The notes: generated from the letters alone by a model not told the origin. A stretch of DNA of 46,250 bases from Candidatus Woesearchaeota archaeon (GCA_016235495.1 JACRKH010000025.1:1-46250), one strand, 5' to 3'. Positions 7,542-18,389 are shown, counted from the stretch's first letter. Numbers and translations are program-made.

Positions 7542-10094
7542 ATGGAAAACATATACAAAAAAATAGATAAGATTAGCTTTAGTCTGTTGTCACCGCAGCA
7601 GATTAAGAAAATGGCACATGTCAAAGTAGTCACGCCAGAACTCTATGATAAAGAGGGATACCCTGTAGAGGGTGGTCTAATGGATACTCGACTTGGAGTT
7701 ATCGATCCTGGTTTGCGATGCCGAACCTGTAATGGAAAATTAAAGGAATGCCCTGGTCACTTTGGATATATTGAACTTGGCCGTCCGGTATTGCATATCA
7801 GTTACATCAAAGCTATTTACACCTTTTTACAAACAACTTGTAAGGAATGTAGTCGCCTCCTTCTCGATGAGGAAAGCACACAGAAATATGCCGCAAAAAT
7901 TGACAAGCTAAAAACTTCAGGAAAGGAAGAACTCATTCCAAAAGTCTGTAAATTAGTGCGAGCAACTGCAAAGACTGTAAAAAAATGCCCTCATTGTAAA
8001 GCAAAACTTACTCCTGTAAAATTTGAAAAACCAAGTACCTTCATGGAAGAAACCAAACGTGTTACTCCTATAGAAATATTGGAACGCTTTGAAAAAATTT
8101 CTGATGCTGATGTCATGCTCATTGGTGTAGACCCAAGATTCGCAAGACCAGAATGGATGGTCATGGGAGTCTTCCCTATCCCTCCAGTAACTATGAGGCC
8201 TTCCATTACCTTAGAATCTGGAGAAAGAGCGGAGGATGATCTCACACACAAACTAAGTGATATAGTCAGAATCAATCAAAGATTATTCGAGAATATTAAT
8301 GCAGGAGCGCCAGAAATTATTGTAGAGGATCTTTGGGATCTTTTGCAGTATCACATTACCACTTTTTTCAACAATGACATAGCACAGGTGCCTCCAGCTC
8401 GTCACAGATCTGGACAGCCATTAAAGACTATTACAGAAAGAATCAAAAGTAAAGAAGGTCGTTTCCGTCATAATCTTGCAGGGAAGAGAGTAAATTATGC
8501 TGCACGTACAGTTATTTCTCCGGATCCAAAGATCGAATTGAATGAAGTAGGAGTGCCAGTCCTTATTGCAATGGAATTAACCGTTCCAGAAAGAGTCACA
8601 GAATGGAACATAGACTGGTTAAAAAAATTCATTAAAAATGGACCAAAGATATACCCTGGAGCAAACTATGTTCTTGATGGAACAAAAAAGAAAAAAATCA
8701 CCTTAGAAACACAAGAAGTTATCCTTGAAGAGCTTGCTCCTGGCCAAATAGTAGAAAGGCATTTACTGGATGGAGATATTTCTATATTTAACAGACAGCC
8801 TTCCCTGCACAGAATGTCTATCATGTGCCACAAAGTTCGCGTCCTTCCAGGAAAATCTTTCCGTCTCAACCCTTCAGTATGTAACCCTTACAATGCAGAT
8901 TTCGATGGGGATGAGATGAATCTCCACATTCCCCAGACTGAAGAAGCTCGTGCAGAAGCAGAAATACTCATGGAAGTAGAAACCCAAATCATGAGTCCAA
9001 AGCACGGTCTCAATGTCATTGGTTGCATTGATGATGCAGTCACAGGAAATTATATTTTAACCAAAGATGAAACTGAATTAACCAAAGAAGATGCAGTTCG
9101 TCTCCTCATTAGTGTTGGGGTAGAAGATTCTGAAACCTTAAATTCCTTAAAAAAGAAAATCTCAGGAAAACAAATTTTTTCTGCAATCCTTCCAAAAGAT
9201 TTCAATTTTGTTCATGATAAAGTTATCATCGAAAATGGGCAGTTAAAGACAGGCCAGATTGATCCAAAGACAATTGGAGAAGGAAACGGAACATTACTCA
9301 GAGATATTCACAGAAACTATTCTGAAGCAGAATGTGTTGACCTTTTTGGAAAAATTTTCAAGTTGGGAATAGCATACTTACAAATAAGAGGGTTTACTAT
9401 TACAACCTCTGATGCAGACATTCCAGAAGAAGTAAGAGAAAAAGCAAGAGCTGTTATTCAGGATGCAATGACTTCGGTAACAGACATCATTGCACAATAC
9501 AAACAAAATAGACTCAAAACATTCTCCGGAAAAACAATGGATGAGACTTTAGAACTCATGGTCATGCAAAAACTGAATGAAACACGTATTTCCATAGGAA
9601 AAATGGTAAGTAAATCAGTCTCAGAAGAGAACAATGCTATTATTATGTCCCGTGCAGGAAAAGGAAACATTATCAACTTAGCGCAAACCTCCATGATTGT
9701 TGGACAGCAAGCACTAAGAGGAAAAAGAATTGAGAGAGGATACAAAAATAGAACCTTATCCTTATTCAAAGAGCATGATAAAAGCCCAGAGGCAAAAGGT
9801 TTTGTTCGTCACAGTTACAAAAATGGGCTCAATCCAGTAGAGTTCTTCTTCCACGCAATGACTGGTCGAGACTCTCTGATGGATACAGCACTGAGAACAC
9901 CTAAATCTGGATACCTTTACAGAAGACTGGCAAATGCATTGCAAGATCTGAAAGTAGAATACGACGGAACAGTGAGAGACGCAAACAAAACTATTGTACA
10001 GTTTGCCTATGGAGACGATCACATTGATGTATCAAAGAGTGAGAATGGAACCATTGATATCAAAAAAATAATTGAGGAAGTAAGTAAGAAATAA
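7542..10094 (+). CDS. rpoA1: DNA-directed RNA polymerase subunit A'
   Basis: 850 aa with zinc motifs [16 protein letters not shown], the catalytic [12 protein letters not shown] motif and [11 protein letters not shown]. Confidence 0.95.
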   Translation: MENIYKKIDKISFSLLSPQQIKKMAHVKVVTPELYDKEGYPVEGGLMDTRLGVIDPGLRCRTCNGKLKECPGHFGYIELGRPVLHISYIKAIYTFLQTTCKECSRLLLDEESTQKYAAKIDKLKTSGKEELIPKVCKLVRATAKTVKKCPHCKAKLTPVKFEKPSTFMEETKRVTPIEILERFEKISDADVMLIGVDPRFARPEWMVMGVFPIPPVTMRPSITLESGERAEDDLTHKLSDIVRINQRLFENINAGAPEIIVEDLWDLLQYHITTFFNNDIAQVPPARHRSGQPLKTITERIKSKEGRFRHNLAGKRVNYAARTVISPDPKIELNEVGVPVLIAMELTVPERVTEWNIDWLKKFIKNGPKIYPGANYVLDGTKKKKITLETQEVILEELAPGQIVERHLLDGDISIFNRQPSLHRMSIMCHKVRVLPGKSFRLNPSVCNPYNADFDGDEMNLHIPQTEEARAEAEILMEVETQIMSPKHGLNVIGCIDDAVTGNYILTKDETELTKEDAVRLLISVGVEDSETLNSLKKKISGKQIFSAILPKDFNFVHDKVIIENGQLKTGQIDPKTIGEGNGTLLRDIHRNYSEAECVDLFGKIFKLGIAYLQIRGFTITTSDADIPEEVREKARAVIQDAMTSVTDIIAQYKQNRLKTFSGKTMDETLELMVMQKLNETRISIGKMVSKSVSEENNAIIMSRAGKGNIINLAQTSMIVGQQALRGKRIERGYKNRTLSLFKEHDKSPEAKGFVRHSYKNGLNPVEFFFHAMTGRDSLMDTALRTPKSGYLYRRLANALQDLKVEYDGTVRDANKTIVQFAYGDDHIDVSKSENGTIDIKKIIEEVSKK

Positions 10095-10095
10095 A

Positions 10096-11250
10096 ATGTC
10101 AGAAGAAATCATCAAAAAATATGAAGGAAAGATACCTGCTCCAATGATGGAAGAGGTAAAACTAGCACTGAAAGAGAAAAAGCTGACAAAAACACAGCTT
10201 GAAACAGTCTTTACTCGCCTAGAAGAGAAATACAGAAATGCTCGTATACAGCCTGGTGAAGCTATTGGTATCATTACTGCAGAATCCTTCGGAGAGCCAG
10301 GAACACAAATGACTTTACGGACCTTCCACTTTGCAGGAGTTGCTGAAGTAAATGTTACATTAGGTCTTCCTCGTCTGATTGAAATCTTTGATGCAAGAAA
10401 AGAACCAAGTACGCCATTGATGATTATTCATTTAAACAAACCCTATAACAAAGAAGAAAAACATTTGGAAAAAATAATTGCACAGATTAAAGAAATTCGA
10501 GTGTATGAAATTCTGAATGAAGTATCCATCAATCTTCTCAGGCTTCAGGTGGAGTTTGTTTTGAACAAAAAACGAATGAAAGAACTTGGTATAGTTGAAG
10601 AAGAAACAGCAAAAATTATCAAAGACAGTCTCAAAACAGCAGAAATTACAGAGAAAGATGGAAGATATACTGCCTCTCCTAAAAATAAAGAAGCAGGTCT
10701 TCCAGGATTATACACACTAAAGGAAAAAATAAAAGAAGTAAAGATAAAAGGAATAGATGGCATTCAAGAAGTGATACCAAAGATGGACAACAATGAGATT
10801 CTTCTCTTAGCTTCTGGTTCAAACCTCAAGGAGGTATTCAAAATAGCAGAAGTCGATGCATCCAATACTATTACAAATAACATTTTTGAAGTGGCAAAAA
10901 ATTTAGGTATTGAAGCAGCACGAGAAACCATCATAGCTGAAGCATCCAAAGTGATTAGTGAACAAGGTCTCGATATAGATATCCGCCACATCATGTTCAT
11001 TGCTGACCTCATGACAGTAAGAGGAGAAATCAAAGGAGTAACAAGAAGTGGTATTACAGAAGAAAAAGAATCTGTCCTTGCAAGAGCATCCTTCGAAACG
11101 CCTATTAAGCACTTAATCAATGCAAGTCTTACTGGTGAAGTAGATTACCTCAACTCCGTCGTGGAAAATGTTATGATTAACCAGCCAATCCCTCTGGGAA
11201 CAGGACTTCCAAGTCTTATTACAAAACTGAGCAAGGAGAAGAAAAAATGA
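10096..11250 (+). CDS. rpoA2: DNA-directed RNA polymerase subunit A''
   Basis: 384 aa with [29 protein letters not shown] (trigger-loop region). Starts 1 nt after the rpoA' stop. Confidence 0.95.
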   Translation: MSEEIIKKYEGKIPAPMMEEVKLALKEKKLTKTQLETVFTRLEEKYRNARIQPGEAIGIITAESFGEPGTQMTLRTFHFAGVAEVNVTLGLPRLIEIFDARKEPSTPLMIIHLNKPYNKEEKHLEKIIAQIKEIRVYEILNEVSINLLRLQVEFVLNKKRMKELGIVEEETAKIIKDSLKTAEITEKDGRYTASPKNKEAGLPGLYTLKEKIKEVKIKGIDGIQEVIPKMDNNEILLLASGSNLKEVFKIAEVDASNTITNNIFEVAKNLGIEAARETIIAEASKVISEQGLDIDIRHIMFIADLMTVRGEIKGVTRSGITEEKESVLARASFETPIKHLINASLTGEVDYLNSVVENVMINQPIPLGTGLPSLITKLSKEKKK

Positions 11251-11501
11251 GTGTGGAAGATTTAAAGAAGGCAATCAAAGAAGAAAAATTAACCTTTGGT
11301 GCAGAAGAAACAATAAGAAAACTAAAACTAGGAAAAATTAAAACAGTCTTTATCGCAAAAGATTGCAAAGCTTCCTACAAAGACAGAATTCTTGACTACA
11401 AAAAGCAAGGAAATATAAAGGTGCTTGAATTAGATATCAGTGAAAGTGAAATAGGAACACTTTGTAAAAAGCAGTTTTCCATATCAATGCTTTCGTATTA
11501 A
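11247..11501 (+). CDS. rpl30e: ribosomal protein L30e (eL30)
   Basis: Conserved position after rpoA''. [23 protein letters not shown]...[11 protein letters not shown] fits the L30e/L7Ae fold family. Confidence 0.8.
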   Translation: MSVEDLKKAIKEEKLTFGAEETIRKLKLGKIKTVFIAKDCKASYKDRILDYKKQGNIKVLELDISESEIGTLCKKQFSISMLSY

Positions 11502-11503
11502 CA

Positions 11504-11908
11504 ATGATTCAATATGACATGCAGATAATTGGTCTCATTAATGTGTTTGAGAAGAATACTGGGGCCAAGGTAAAAGATTGCTTCAATGATGGTGATGTTC
11601 TCGTTTTCGTCGTCCAGCAGAAAGAATTAAAAAAAGCCTTGGAAAACAAAGGAGAGAAAGTACGAAGGCTCAGTGCAATAACAAAAAAAAGAATTCGTAT
11701 CATAGAGTTTAATGAAGATCCAGTCAAATTTGTTCTCAACCTCCTCTATCCTTTACGGCCAGAAGTAAGTTTAGAAGAAGATCATGTTCTTATTAAAGGA
11801 AAGGATGCAAGAGAAAAAGGCCAGATTTTCGGAAGAGAAAAGACAAATTTTAAGCACATCCAGAGCATAGTTCATAAATACTTTAAAATAGAGCTTAAGG
11901 TAGTATAA
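11504..11908 (+). CDS. nusA: archaeal NusA-like KH-domain transcription termination factor
   Basis: 134 aa in the conserved position after L30e, with a KH-like region (LINVFEKNTGAKVKDC ... GKDAREKGQIFGREKTNFKHIQSIV). Confidence 0.8.
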   Translation: MIQYDMQIIGLINVFEKNTGAKVKDCFNDGDVLVFVVQQKELKKALENKGEKVRRLSAITKKRIRIIEFNEDPVKFVLNLLYPLRPEVSLEEDHVLIKGKDAREKGQIFGREKTNFKHIQSIVHKYFKIELKVV

Positions 11909-11947
11909 TTCGCAAACTTTTTAAATAAACTTTTAAAAATAAAAGCC

Positions 11948-12373
11948 ATGCCAACAGAATTCAATGACGAAGCACTGGAGAGTTTTTTAGGAAAAGAAAC
12001 AAGACCATTAGATGAGGCTTCACACATATTTTTTCCACATGGGTATCTAGAGGGGCCATATCGATATAGATCTAGGGTCAATGTTGATGAAATTTGGACA
12101 GCAAAAACAAACCACCTTGGGATACTGACATTCTTTGAAGGAGGGATAGTAAATTACACAAGACATTTACCTATGGATGCACTGCACATAAAGATCCCTT
12201 CAAATACTTGGCGCATGCTCATAGTTCTAGACTACTTCTCTGGGATGGCAAACAGAATGACTGTAGGTTCATTCGAAGAAACAGACAGAGAATTTGCACC
12301 TTGGGCGCCAAAAGATAATTCCCCAGAAGTGCAAGAATACCTCGCACATTTGAAATCATTTTTCAGGCAGTAA
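11948..12373 (+). CDS. hypothetical protein (141 aa, W/F/H/P-rich), no recognisable motif
   Basis: Clean ORF with its own TATA-like box (11918-11930) about 25 nt upstream of the ATG. It sits between nusA and rps12. Confidence 0.5.
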   Translation: MPTEFNDEALESFLGKETRPLDEASHIFFPHGYLEGPYRYRSRVNVDEIWTAKTNHLGILTFFEGGIVNYTRHLPMDALHIKIPSNTWRMLIVLDYFSGMANRMTVGSFEETDREFAPWAPKDNSPEVQEYLAHLKSFFRQ

Positions 12374-12384
12374 ACAACAGAAAC

Positions 12385-12393
12385 CTTTAAAAA
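12385..12393 (+). promoter_or_regulatory. TATA-like box for rps12-rps7
   Basis: CTTTAAAAA lies about 29 nt upstream of ATG 12418. Confidence 0.5.
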
Positions 12394-12417
12394 GTCTCGA
12401 ATTTCTCTAACACAAAC

Positions 12418-12855
12418 ATGGGTAAGAAAAGTAATGGTTTAAACGCAGGAAATAAGCTCACCAAGCGAAGAAAAGTGAGTCGTATGCTCAACAAAGACTT
12501 CAAACAAAGATTATTCCACTTAAAAGAAAAATCAGATCCATTAAAAGGAGCGCATCAAGCAAAAGCTATTGTTCTCGAAAAAATTCAATTAGAAGCAAAG
12601 CAGCCAAATTCTGCAATGAGAAAAGCAGTAAGATGTCAGCTCATTAAGAATGGAAAGAAAATCACCGCATTTGTTCCAGGAATGAATGCAATCAAATTAG
12701 TTGATGAACACGATGAAATTATTATTGAGTGCATCGGTGGAAAGATGGGAAGAGCAAAAGGAGATATTCCCTGTGTCCGATGGCAGGTTATCAAAGTAAA
12801 TGATCAATCCCTGAATGCTTTAGTTCGTGGGAAAATAGAGAAAGGACGAAGATGA
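12418..12855 (+). CDS. rps12: ribosomal protein S12 (uS12)
   Basis: [28 protein letters not shown] is the uS12 signature. 145 aa. Confidence 0.95.
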   Translation: MGKKSNGLNAGNKLTKRRKVSRMLNKDFKQRLFHLKEKSDPLKGAHQAKAIVLEKIQLEAKQPNSAMRKAVRCQLIKNGKKITAFVPGMNAIKLVDEHDEIIIECIGGKMGRAKGDIPCVRWQVIKVNDQSLNALVRGKIEKGRR

Positions 12856-13451
12856 GCGACATAAAAATATTCAACAGATGGGAAACAGGACACATTAAGA
12901 TAGATGATCCTGGTTTGCAAGGCTATATCAATGTTCGCCCTATCCTCGTGCCAAGAACTGGCGGAAGAAATGTGGGAACACAATTCTGGAAATCAAAATA
13001 CAACATAGTAGAAAGACTTATCAACAAAGTGATGATTCCAGGCCACAAAGGAAAGAAGCATAAAATTACTTCTGGGCATTGCGGAGGAAAAGCAACAACT
13101 GCCTACAATATTGTAGAAAAAACATTCCTTATCATTGAAAGAAAAACAAACAAAAACCCTGTCGAGGTATTTGTAAAAGCGCTGGAAAATGCTGCTCCTC
13201 GTGAAGAAATCACAACTATTGAGTATGGAGGAGCAAGATATCCTAAGTCTGTAGAATGCGCTCCACAGCGAAGAGTGGATTACGCATTGCGATTAATGAT
13301 CCAAGGCGCCTATGCAAACTCTTTCGGAAAGAAAAAGTCCATACAAGATGCTTTGGCTGATGAAATCATGAAAGCCTACAACATGGATCAAGGTTCTGCA
13401 GCATTGTCCAAGAAATTAGAGCTGGAAAGACAAGCTGATGCTTCTCGTTAA
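12852..13451 (+). CDS. rps7: ribosomal protein S7 (uS7)
   Basis: 199 aa. [46 protein letters not shown] is typical archaeal uS7. There is a 4-nt ATGA overlap with rps12. Confidence 0.95.
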   Translation: MSDIKIFNRWETGHIKIDDPGLQGYINVRPILVPRTGGRNVGTQFWKSKYNIVERLINKVMIPGHKGKKHKITSGHCGGKATTAYNIVEKTFLIIERKTNKNPVEVFVKALENAAPREEITTIEYGGARYPKSVECAPQRRVDYALRLMIQGAYANSFGKKKSIQDALADEIMKAYNMDQGSAALSKKLELERQADASR

Positions 13452-13471
13452 ACTTTTTCAATTACCAAAAC

Positions 13472-13480
13472 CTTTATAAA
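13472..13480 (+). promoter_or_regulatory. TATA-like box for the 615-aa nucleotidyltransferase gene
   Basis: CTTTATAAA lies about 33 nt upstream of ATG 13509. Confidence 0.45.
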
Positions 13481-13508
13481 TTCCCTTTAAGACTATTTCA
13501 ATGCAAAA

Positions 13509-15356
13509 ATGACAAAGAATTCTCATCCTAAAAAGGAAGAGCCAGCACAGATAAAACCTGGTGTGGAGCTTCCAAAATTAACAAAAGAACAAGAAGAAAG
13601 AGTAAAAAAAGTAAAAGAAAAGCTCGATAAATTCAAAGAAAAATGCCTTGCAAAAATTGAAGATATTACAGGCATATCTATTCTTCCTCCCATGCCACAA
13701 CAAACGCTTCCTCCAGCTGTTGCAAGAACTGAAGGAGCACAGCCAAACCCTAATGAACTGCAAATTTTCATTCTCATTGACGATGCAAAGGTGGAAGGCC
13801 TTGCAAAAGGAAACCTCATCATAAAAACCACAGATGAAGCAACAAAGATTGCAAAAGAAATTGACGAGCTCTTCAAACCGCAGATTATGCTCATTTCAGA
13901 GCTCAAGGAAGCATGCTTAGATGCAAAGCATGACATTATCCAGATGGTTGCAAGCTCAGCATTAATCCACGACAAAGGACTGCTCTCCGCACTCAAAGTT
14001 GCTGAAGTGCACAAGAACATGTCCATTAAAAAATTCGAAAAATATGTGGTCAGCTACATTGCTGTAGGCTCTTTATTCAGAGGAGATGCAGCTCCCAATG
14101 ACATTGATGTTGCTATTGTGATTGATGATACAGATGTCAAAAAAATGTCCCGCTTTGAACTGAGAGATAAACTGCGCGCCATCATTATCAACATGGGCTA
14201 TGATGCATCAGAAATAACCGGAGTCAGAGCACAGTTCCACATTCAAACCTACATCCTTACAGACTTCTGGGAGAATGTTAAAGATGCAAACCCAGTTATA
14301 TTCACCATGCTCAGAGATGGCGTTCCTTTGTATGATAGAGGAGTCTTCATGCCATGGAAACTTCTCTTGCAGATGGGAAGAATCAAACCTTCACCTGAAG
14401 CAATTGATATGAACATGGAAGTGGGAGACAAACTCATTGATAGAACAAAACAAAAATTACTTTCCGTCGTAGGCGAAGATCTCTTCTACGCAGTCATGAA
14501 TCCTACACAGGCTGCGCTGATGTTGTACGGAATCCCTCCTCCAACTCCTAAAGAAGCAGTAAAGTTAATGGAAGAAATATATGTCAAGAAAGAAAAACTA
14601 TTGGAAAAAAAATATGTAGACATTCTTGAAAAAATTAGAAAAACATTCAAAGCTATTGAACATGGAGAGCTCAAAGAAGTTTCTGGAAAAGATATTGATA
14701 AATTATTGAGTGATTGTAAAGACTACTTGGAAAGAATTAAGAAGCTTTTCAGTGAAATAGAAGAAAGAAATGAAAAAGAAGCAATCCAAGAGATATACAG
14801 CACATCCATGAACCTGACAAGAGACCTTCTTTTGGATGCAGCATACAAAGAAGTAACGGCAAATAAGCTTCCAGAACTCTTTAAAAAATATAGCGAAAGT
14901 GAGAAAATCCCTTTAAAGTATCACAAAATACTGACAGAAATCATCAAAGCAAAGAAAGATTATGATTCTAAAAAAATTAGCAAACAGGAAATGAACAAAG
15001 TCCGCAGAGAAGCAAGAGAATTCATCAGAGCCATCTTGGATCAATTAGACTTCAGAAGAGCAAAGAAACTGGAAAGTGCAAAGCTCAGCTTCCGCTACGG
15101 CACAAAGATGGGCGAGCTGATCATGTTCAAAGAAATAGTTTTTGTCATCAAAGATACGCAGAAAAGAGACGAGCTTTGGACAGCAAACCTTGACAAAGAT
15201 GGCTCTCTTCAGAATCTTAAGAAATCTAACCTTGCCGAGTACGAAAAGTATATAAAGGGAGCAAAAATGCCTCATGATGGAATTATCAAATCCAGAACCT
15301 TGGAATCTCTAAGGCAAATCATGGGTGAGGATATAGACATACTATGGAAGGCATAA
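13509..15356 (+). CDS. Pol-beta-superfamily nucleotidyltransferase domain protein (615 aa) with a K/E-rich N-terminus and a long helical C-terminal region
   Basis: The central block GSLFRGDAAPNDIDVAIVIDD is the G[SG]-x9-13-DxD minimal NTase motif. The rest has no motif I can name. Confidence 0.65.
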   Translation: MTKNSHPKKEEPAQIKPGVELPKLTKEQEERVKKVKEKLDKFKEKCLAKIEDITGISILPPMPQQTLPPAVARTEGAQPNPNELQIFILIDDAKVEGLAKGNLIIKTTDEATKIAKEIDELFKPQIMLISELKEACLDAKHDIIQMVASSALIHDKGLLSALKVAEVHKNMSIKKFEKYVVSYIAVGSLFRGDAAPNDIDVAIVIDDTDVKKMSRFELRDKLRAIIINMGYDASEITGVRAQFHIQTYILTDFWENVKDANPVIFTMLRDGVPLYDRGVFMPWKLLLQMGRIKPSPEAIDMNMEVGDKLIDRTKQKLLSVVGEDLFYAVMNPTQAALMLYGIPPPTPKEAVKLMEEIYVKKEKLLEKKYVDILEKIRKTFKAIEHGELKEVSGKDIDKLLSDCKDYLERIKKLFSEIEERNEKEAIQEIYSTSMNLTRDLLLDAAYKEVTANKLPELFKKYSESEKIPLKYHKILTEIIKAKKDYDSKKISKQEMNKVRREAREFIRAILDQLDFRRAKKLESAKLSFRYGTKMGELIMFKEIVFVIKDTQKRDELWTANLDKDGSLQNLKKSNLAEYEKYIKGAKMPHDGIIKSRTLESLRQIMGEDIDILWKA

Positions 15357-15601
15357 TTAACAATTTTAGAAGAAGTAGAGCGCATCAGAATACCAAACAC
15401 ATAATCATATCTCTCCCTGGAGTAGATTCTAAAGAAAAAGCAAAGAAGCATGTGGGCAAAAAAGTTACTTTTACCACCCCTTCAGGAAAGGATATCACTG
15501 GTGAAATCAGAGCATCGCATGGAAACTCTGGAGCAGCTCGCGCTATCTTCGAAAGAAGTCTTCCAGGCCAGAGTTTAGGAAAAAAAGTAAAGGTGGCATA
15601 G
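15344..15601 (+). CDS. rpl35ae: ribosomal protein L35Ae (eL33)
   Basis: 85 aa. HIIISLPGVDSKEKAKKHVGKKV...GKDITGEIRASHGNSGAARAIF fits the L35Ae pattern. Confidence 0.75.
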   Translation: MEGIINNFRRSRAHQNTKHIIISLPGVDSKEKAKKHVGKKVTFTTPSGKDITGEIRASHGNSGAARAIFERSLPGQSLGKKVKVA

Positions 15602-16120
15602 ATGGTAGCAATAAGAAAATTCTCCTGTTATAGAAAGGTGAAACGGGCATATACAAGAAAATCCAGATACAAAGTAAAAGGATACATTAAAGCGGTTCCC
15701 ACAAACAAAGTGGTAAAATATAATTTCGGGGACAACAAAAGAACATTCCCCCATAAAGTATTTCTTGTTTCTAAAGAAAGAATTCAAGTGCGTCACAATG
15801 CCATTGAATCTGCAAGAACATCTGTCGTACGAAGGTTAACCAAGTTCTTGGGAAAAGAATATCATTTGCAGATTAGAAGCTACCCGCATCATGTTCTTCG
15901 TGAAAACAAAATGATTACAGGGGCTGGAGCAGATCGTATGCAGACAGGTATGCAGCGCGCATTTGGAAAGGCAACAGGCCTTGCTGCGCAGTTAAAAGTG
16001 GGAACACCTATCTTCTGTGTGTACTGTTCTAAAGAAGGCATTCCTAATGCAAGAAAAGCATTGCTTTCTGCAACACCAAAACTACCTGGTAGATGTGCTA
16101 TTGAAGTAGATACAAAATAG
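15602..16120 (+). CDS. rpl10e: ribosomal protein L10e (uL16)
   Basis: 172 aa. YTRKSRYKVKGYIKAVP ... LQIRSYPHHVLRENKMITGAGADRMQTGMQRAFGK is the L10e signature. Confidence 0.9.
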   Translation: MVAIRKFSCYRKVKRAYTRKSRYKVKGYIKAVPTNKVVKYNFGDNKRTFPHKVFLVSKERIQVRHNAIESARTSVVRRLTKFLGKEYHLQIRSYPHHVLRENKMITGAGADRMQTGMQRAFGKATGLAAQLKVGTPIFCVYCSKEGIPNARKALLSATPKLPGRCAIEVDTK

Positions 16121-16127
16121 AATTTTT

Positions 16128-16754
16128 ATGCACACTTCAGAACAGCAATCTTTTAAAATCCCTCTCTTTTTAAGGTCTAATATGAATACTTCAACTCTTG
16201 AGAACAGGAATAAATTTTTGAAGGAAGTATATCTCCAAACGGATGGTAATGAAAACAAACCAGTAAATATGTTTGAAATTGGAGAAAAAATAGATATATC
16301 TAGAATAGAAACAGAGAATATTTATAATTTTTTAAATGGAGAGAAATTCATAGAAGCTTTTGGTTTAGGCGGAGATATAAGAATTACTCATCTAGGAATA
16401 AAGCATTATGAAGGTTTGGATAGTTCTAAAATAAATACTATTTTACCATTTATGAGCCATATAGGGGATCACGCAAACATCCAAGTACAAATAGAAAGCC
16501 CAAATTCCTTTCAAGAACATTTAGAGAAGGAAAAAATAAAAGGTTCACAAGAAGAGTCATATACCCCTGGGATTATTTGTATATTTCTTGGAGGAATTTC
16601 GCTTCTGATAGGAATTAATGATACATGGAAAACATTAGGCGGTAAAATTTTTCTATTTATAGGAATATTCTTCATAATCTTGGGGCTTGTCTCCTTTAAA
16701 TATCCTAGGCTTGGTCCTTCAGTTCGAGAATTTTTAGTAAATCTTAAAAAATAA
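16128..16754 (+). CDS. hypothetical membrane-anchored protein; soluble N-terminal domain (possible winged-helix) and two C-terminal TM helices; start may be the Met at 16182
   Basis: The ORF has the hydrophobic C-terminal segments GIICIFLGGISLLIGI and IFLFIGIFFIILGLV. No catalytic motif seen. Confidence 0.45.
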   Translation: MHTSEQQSFKIPLFLRSNMNTSTLENRNKFLKEVYLQTDGNENKPVNMFEIGEKIDISRIETENIYNFLNGEKFIEAFGLGGDIRITHLGIKHYEGLDSSKINTILPFMSHIGDHANIQVQIESPNSFQEHLEKEKIKGSQEESYTPGIICIFLGGISLLIGINDTWKTLGGKIFLFIGIFFIILGLVSFKYPRLGPSVREFLVNLKK

Positions 16755-17148
16755 ATACTATTATTACCATAAATAACAATTATAACAAATAGAGGAAACA
16801 AAATCTGCCATAGCAAAAAAACAAAACTCATTATTTATATACTCTTCTCTTCATATCGCAATGGAAAAGCCTTCTAATACCTCCTCTAAAGCCAGTAAAC
16901 AACATTTCTCCACAAGAAAAGCCTCATTTTCACTATCAACCTATAAGTACAACAACACATATCTTTAAAAAGACTTTTTCTTTATAAAGAGCCATGCGTA
17001 AAAAGTTTCAAAGGTTCTTAGAGAACCTAGAACAGTTCGAAAAAGAAGAGTGTGATGAAGAAAATATTCCTGGTCCTTATGTAGCCATGTAGAATTTCTT
17101 TCACATATTTCAACATAACAATGCAATGTCCTTCTTCCCATGACAATA

Positions 17149-17161
17149 ATATTTATAAATC
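17149..17161 (+). promoter_or_regulatory. TATA-like box for ftsZ paralog 1 (leadered transcript with GGGAGG at 17195-17200)
   Basis: ATATTTATAAATC lies about 55 nt upstream of the ATG. The Shine-Dalgarno-like GGGAGG is 9 nt upstream of the ATG. Confidence 0.45.
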
Positions 17162-17209
17162 AGTGGAGCAATTGCAATAGAAAATTATCCAAAAGGGAGG
17201 AAATAAAAA

Positions 17210-18280
17210 ATGAACGTATTCGGCTCTTTGATTGAGAATGCATTGAAGAATGTAGAAACGCCTAGTCATCAAGATACCATTGGTCAGGCAAACATAAAAG
17301 TTATTGGCTGTGGTGGCGGTGGTACAAACGCAACAAACTGGCTCTTTAAAAAAGGAGTCCAAGGTGCAGAGATAGTAGGCATCAACACAGATAAGCAGCA
17401 CTTGGATCTTATTGAAGCAGATAAAAAAATTCTTATAGGAAGAGACTTGACAAGAGGCCTTGGCTGTGGCGGCTTCCCGGAAAAAGGGAGAGAAGCTGCA
17501 AAAGAACAGTTAGGTGAATTAAAAGAAGTCCTTCGTGGGACTGATATGGTATTCATCACTGCAGGTATGGGCGGTGGAACAGGTACAGGATGTGCTCCAG
17601 TGGTTGCACAACTGGCAAAAGAAGAAAAAGCAATTGTCATTGGTGCAGTCACCATGCCCTTTGAGATAGAAAGAGCTCGTATAGAAAAAGCAGAATATGG
17701 TCTGCAGCAATTAAGGGATGTCTGTGATACAGTGATTGTGATTGATAACAACAGACTGGTAAAGATTGCAGGAAATCTCCCCATTCAGCAGGCATTTGCT
17801 GTAGCAAACGAACTTATCTCAACAATGATTAAAGGGATTGTAGAAATTATTGCAGTGCCTTCCTTAGTCAACTTGGATTATGCAGACGTAAAAGCAATCA
17901 TGTCCAATGGAGATGTGTCTGTTATTGGCATTGGAGAATCTGATTCACAGAATAGAGTAGAGGAAGCAGTAAAGAGAGCATTATCCAACCCTCTTCTCGA
18001 AGTAAGCTACGAAGGTGCAACAGGAGCATTGATCCACGTTGCTGGCGGAGATGACCTTACTTTAGATGAAGTAAACAGAGTAGGGGATATGATCACGCAG
18101 GCTTTGGATGAAGATGCAAATGTTATCTGGGGTGCAAGAATCTCTGGAGACATGAAAGGCAAGCTTCGTGTCATGACCATTATCACTGGAGTAACCTCTC
18201 CATATGTGATGGGAAAAGGCAAAGCAAGAAAAGACAACTCCAAAGCTATGTCCAACAGCTTGGGCATTGACTTCTTCTAA
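17210..18280 (+). CDS. ftsZ: cell division GTPase FtsZ (paralog 1)
   Basis: GCGGGGTNATN and the tubulin signature GMGGGTGTGCAPVVA. C-terminal peptide LGIDFF. GGGAGG (17195-17200) lies 9 nt upstream of the ATG. Confidence 0.95.
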   Translation: MNVFGSLIENALKNVETPSHQDTIGQANIKVIGCGGGGTNATNWLFKKGVQGAEIVGINTDKQHLDLIEADKKILIGRDLTRGLGCGGFPEKGREAAKEQLGELKEVLRGTDMVFITAGMGGGTGTGCAPVVAQLAKEEKAIVIGAVTMPFEIERARIEKAEYGLQQLRDVCDTVIVIDNNRLVKIAGNLPIQQAFAVANELISTMIKGIVEIIAVPSLVNLDYADVKAIMSNGDVSVIGIGESDSQNRVEEAVKRALSNPLLEVSYEGATGALIHVAGGDDLTLDEVNRVGDMITQALDEDANVIWGARISGDMKGKLRVMTIITGVTSPYVMGKGKARKDNSKAMSNSLGIDFF

Positions 18281-18294
18281 TTTTTTTATTTTTT
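18281..18294 (+). terminator. oligo-T tract after ftsZ paralog 1
   Basis: TTTTTTTATTTTTT follows the stop codon directly. Oligo-T tracts are the usual archaeal termination signal. Confidence 0.45.
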
Positions 18295-18389
18295 CTTCAA
18301 ATTCTCTTTCCGTTTTAATACTCCTATAAGATTGTAATGCCACATATTGTTCACAAAAGACAAAATATTTAACCTACAGGGCTCTAGAG

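Noticed and set aside
13452-15356. The possibility that the ORF after rps7 is a degenerate EF-2 (fusA) pseudogene.
   Set aside because: No GTPase motifs (G1 GxxxxGK[ST], DxxG, NKxD) are present. The ORF is intact and carries a nucleotidyltransferase motif instead.
17021-17100. A second GTGATGA (box C-like) sequence, and a 32-codon ORF (16994-17092) in the long spacer upstream of ftsZ paralog 1.
   Set aside because: There is no downstream CTGA within 40-70 nt. The ORF has a plausible TATA-like box about 25 nt upstream but no other support, which is too weak to call.
17284-17784. Long antisense ORFs inside both ftsZ genes (17284..17784 and 37815..38597), inside the nucleotidyltransferase gene (13523..14026), and similar ORFs inside the rpoA and rpoB genes.
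   Set aside because: These are typical shadow ORFs opposite strongly conserved genes. They are Ser/Pro/Ala-rich, have no motifs and have no promoter-like boxes.
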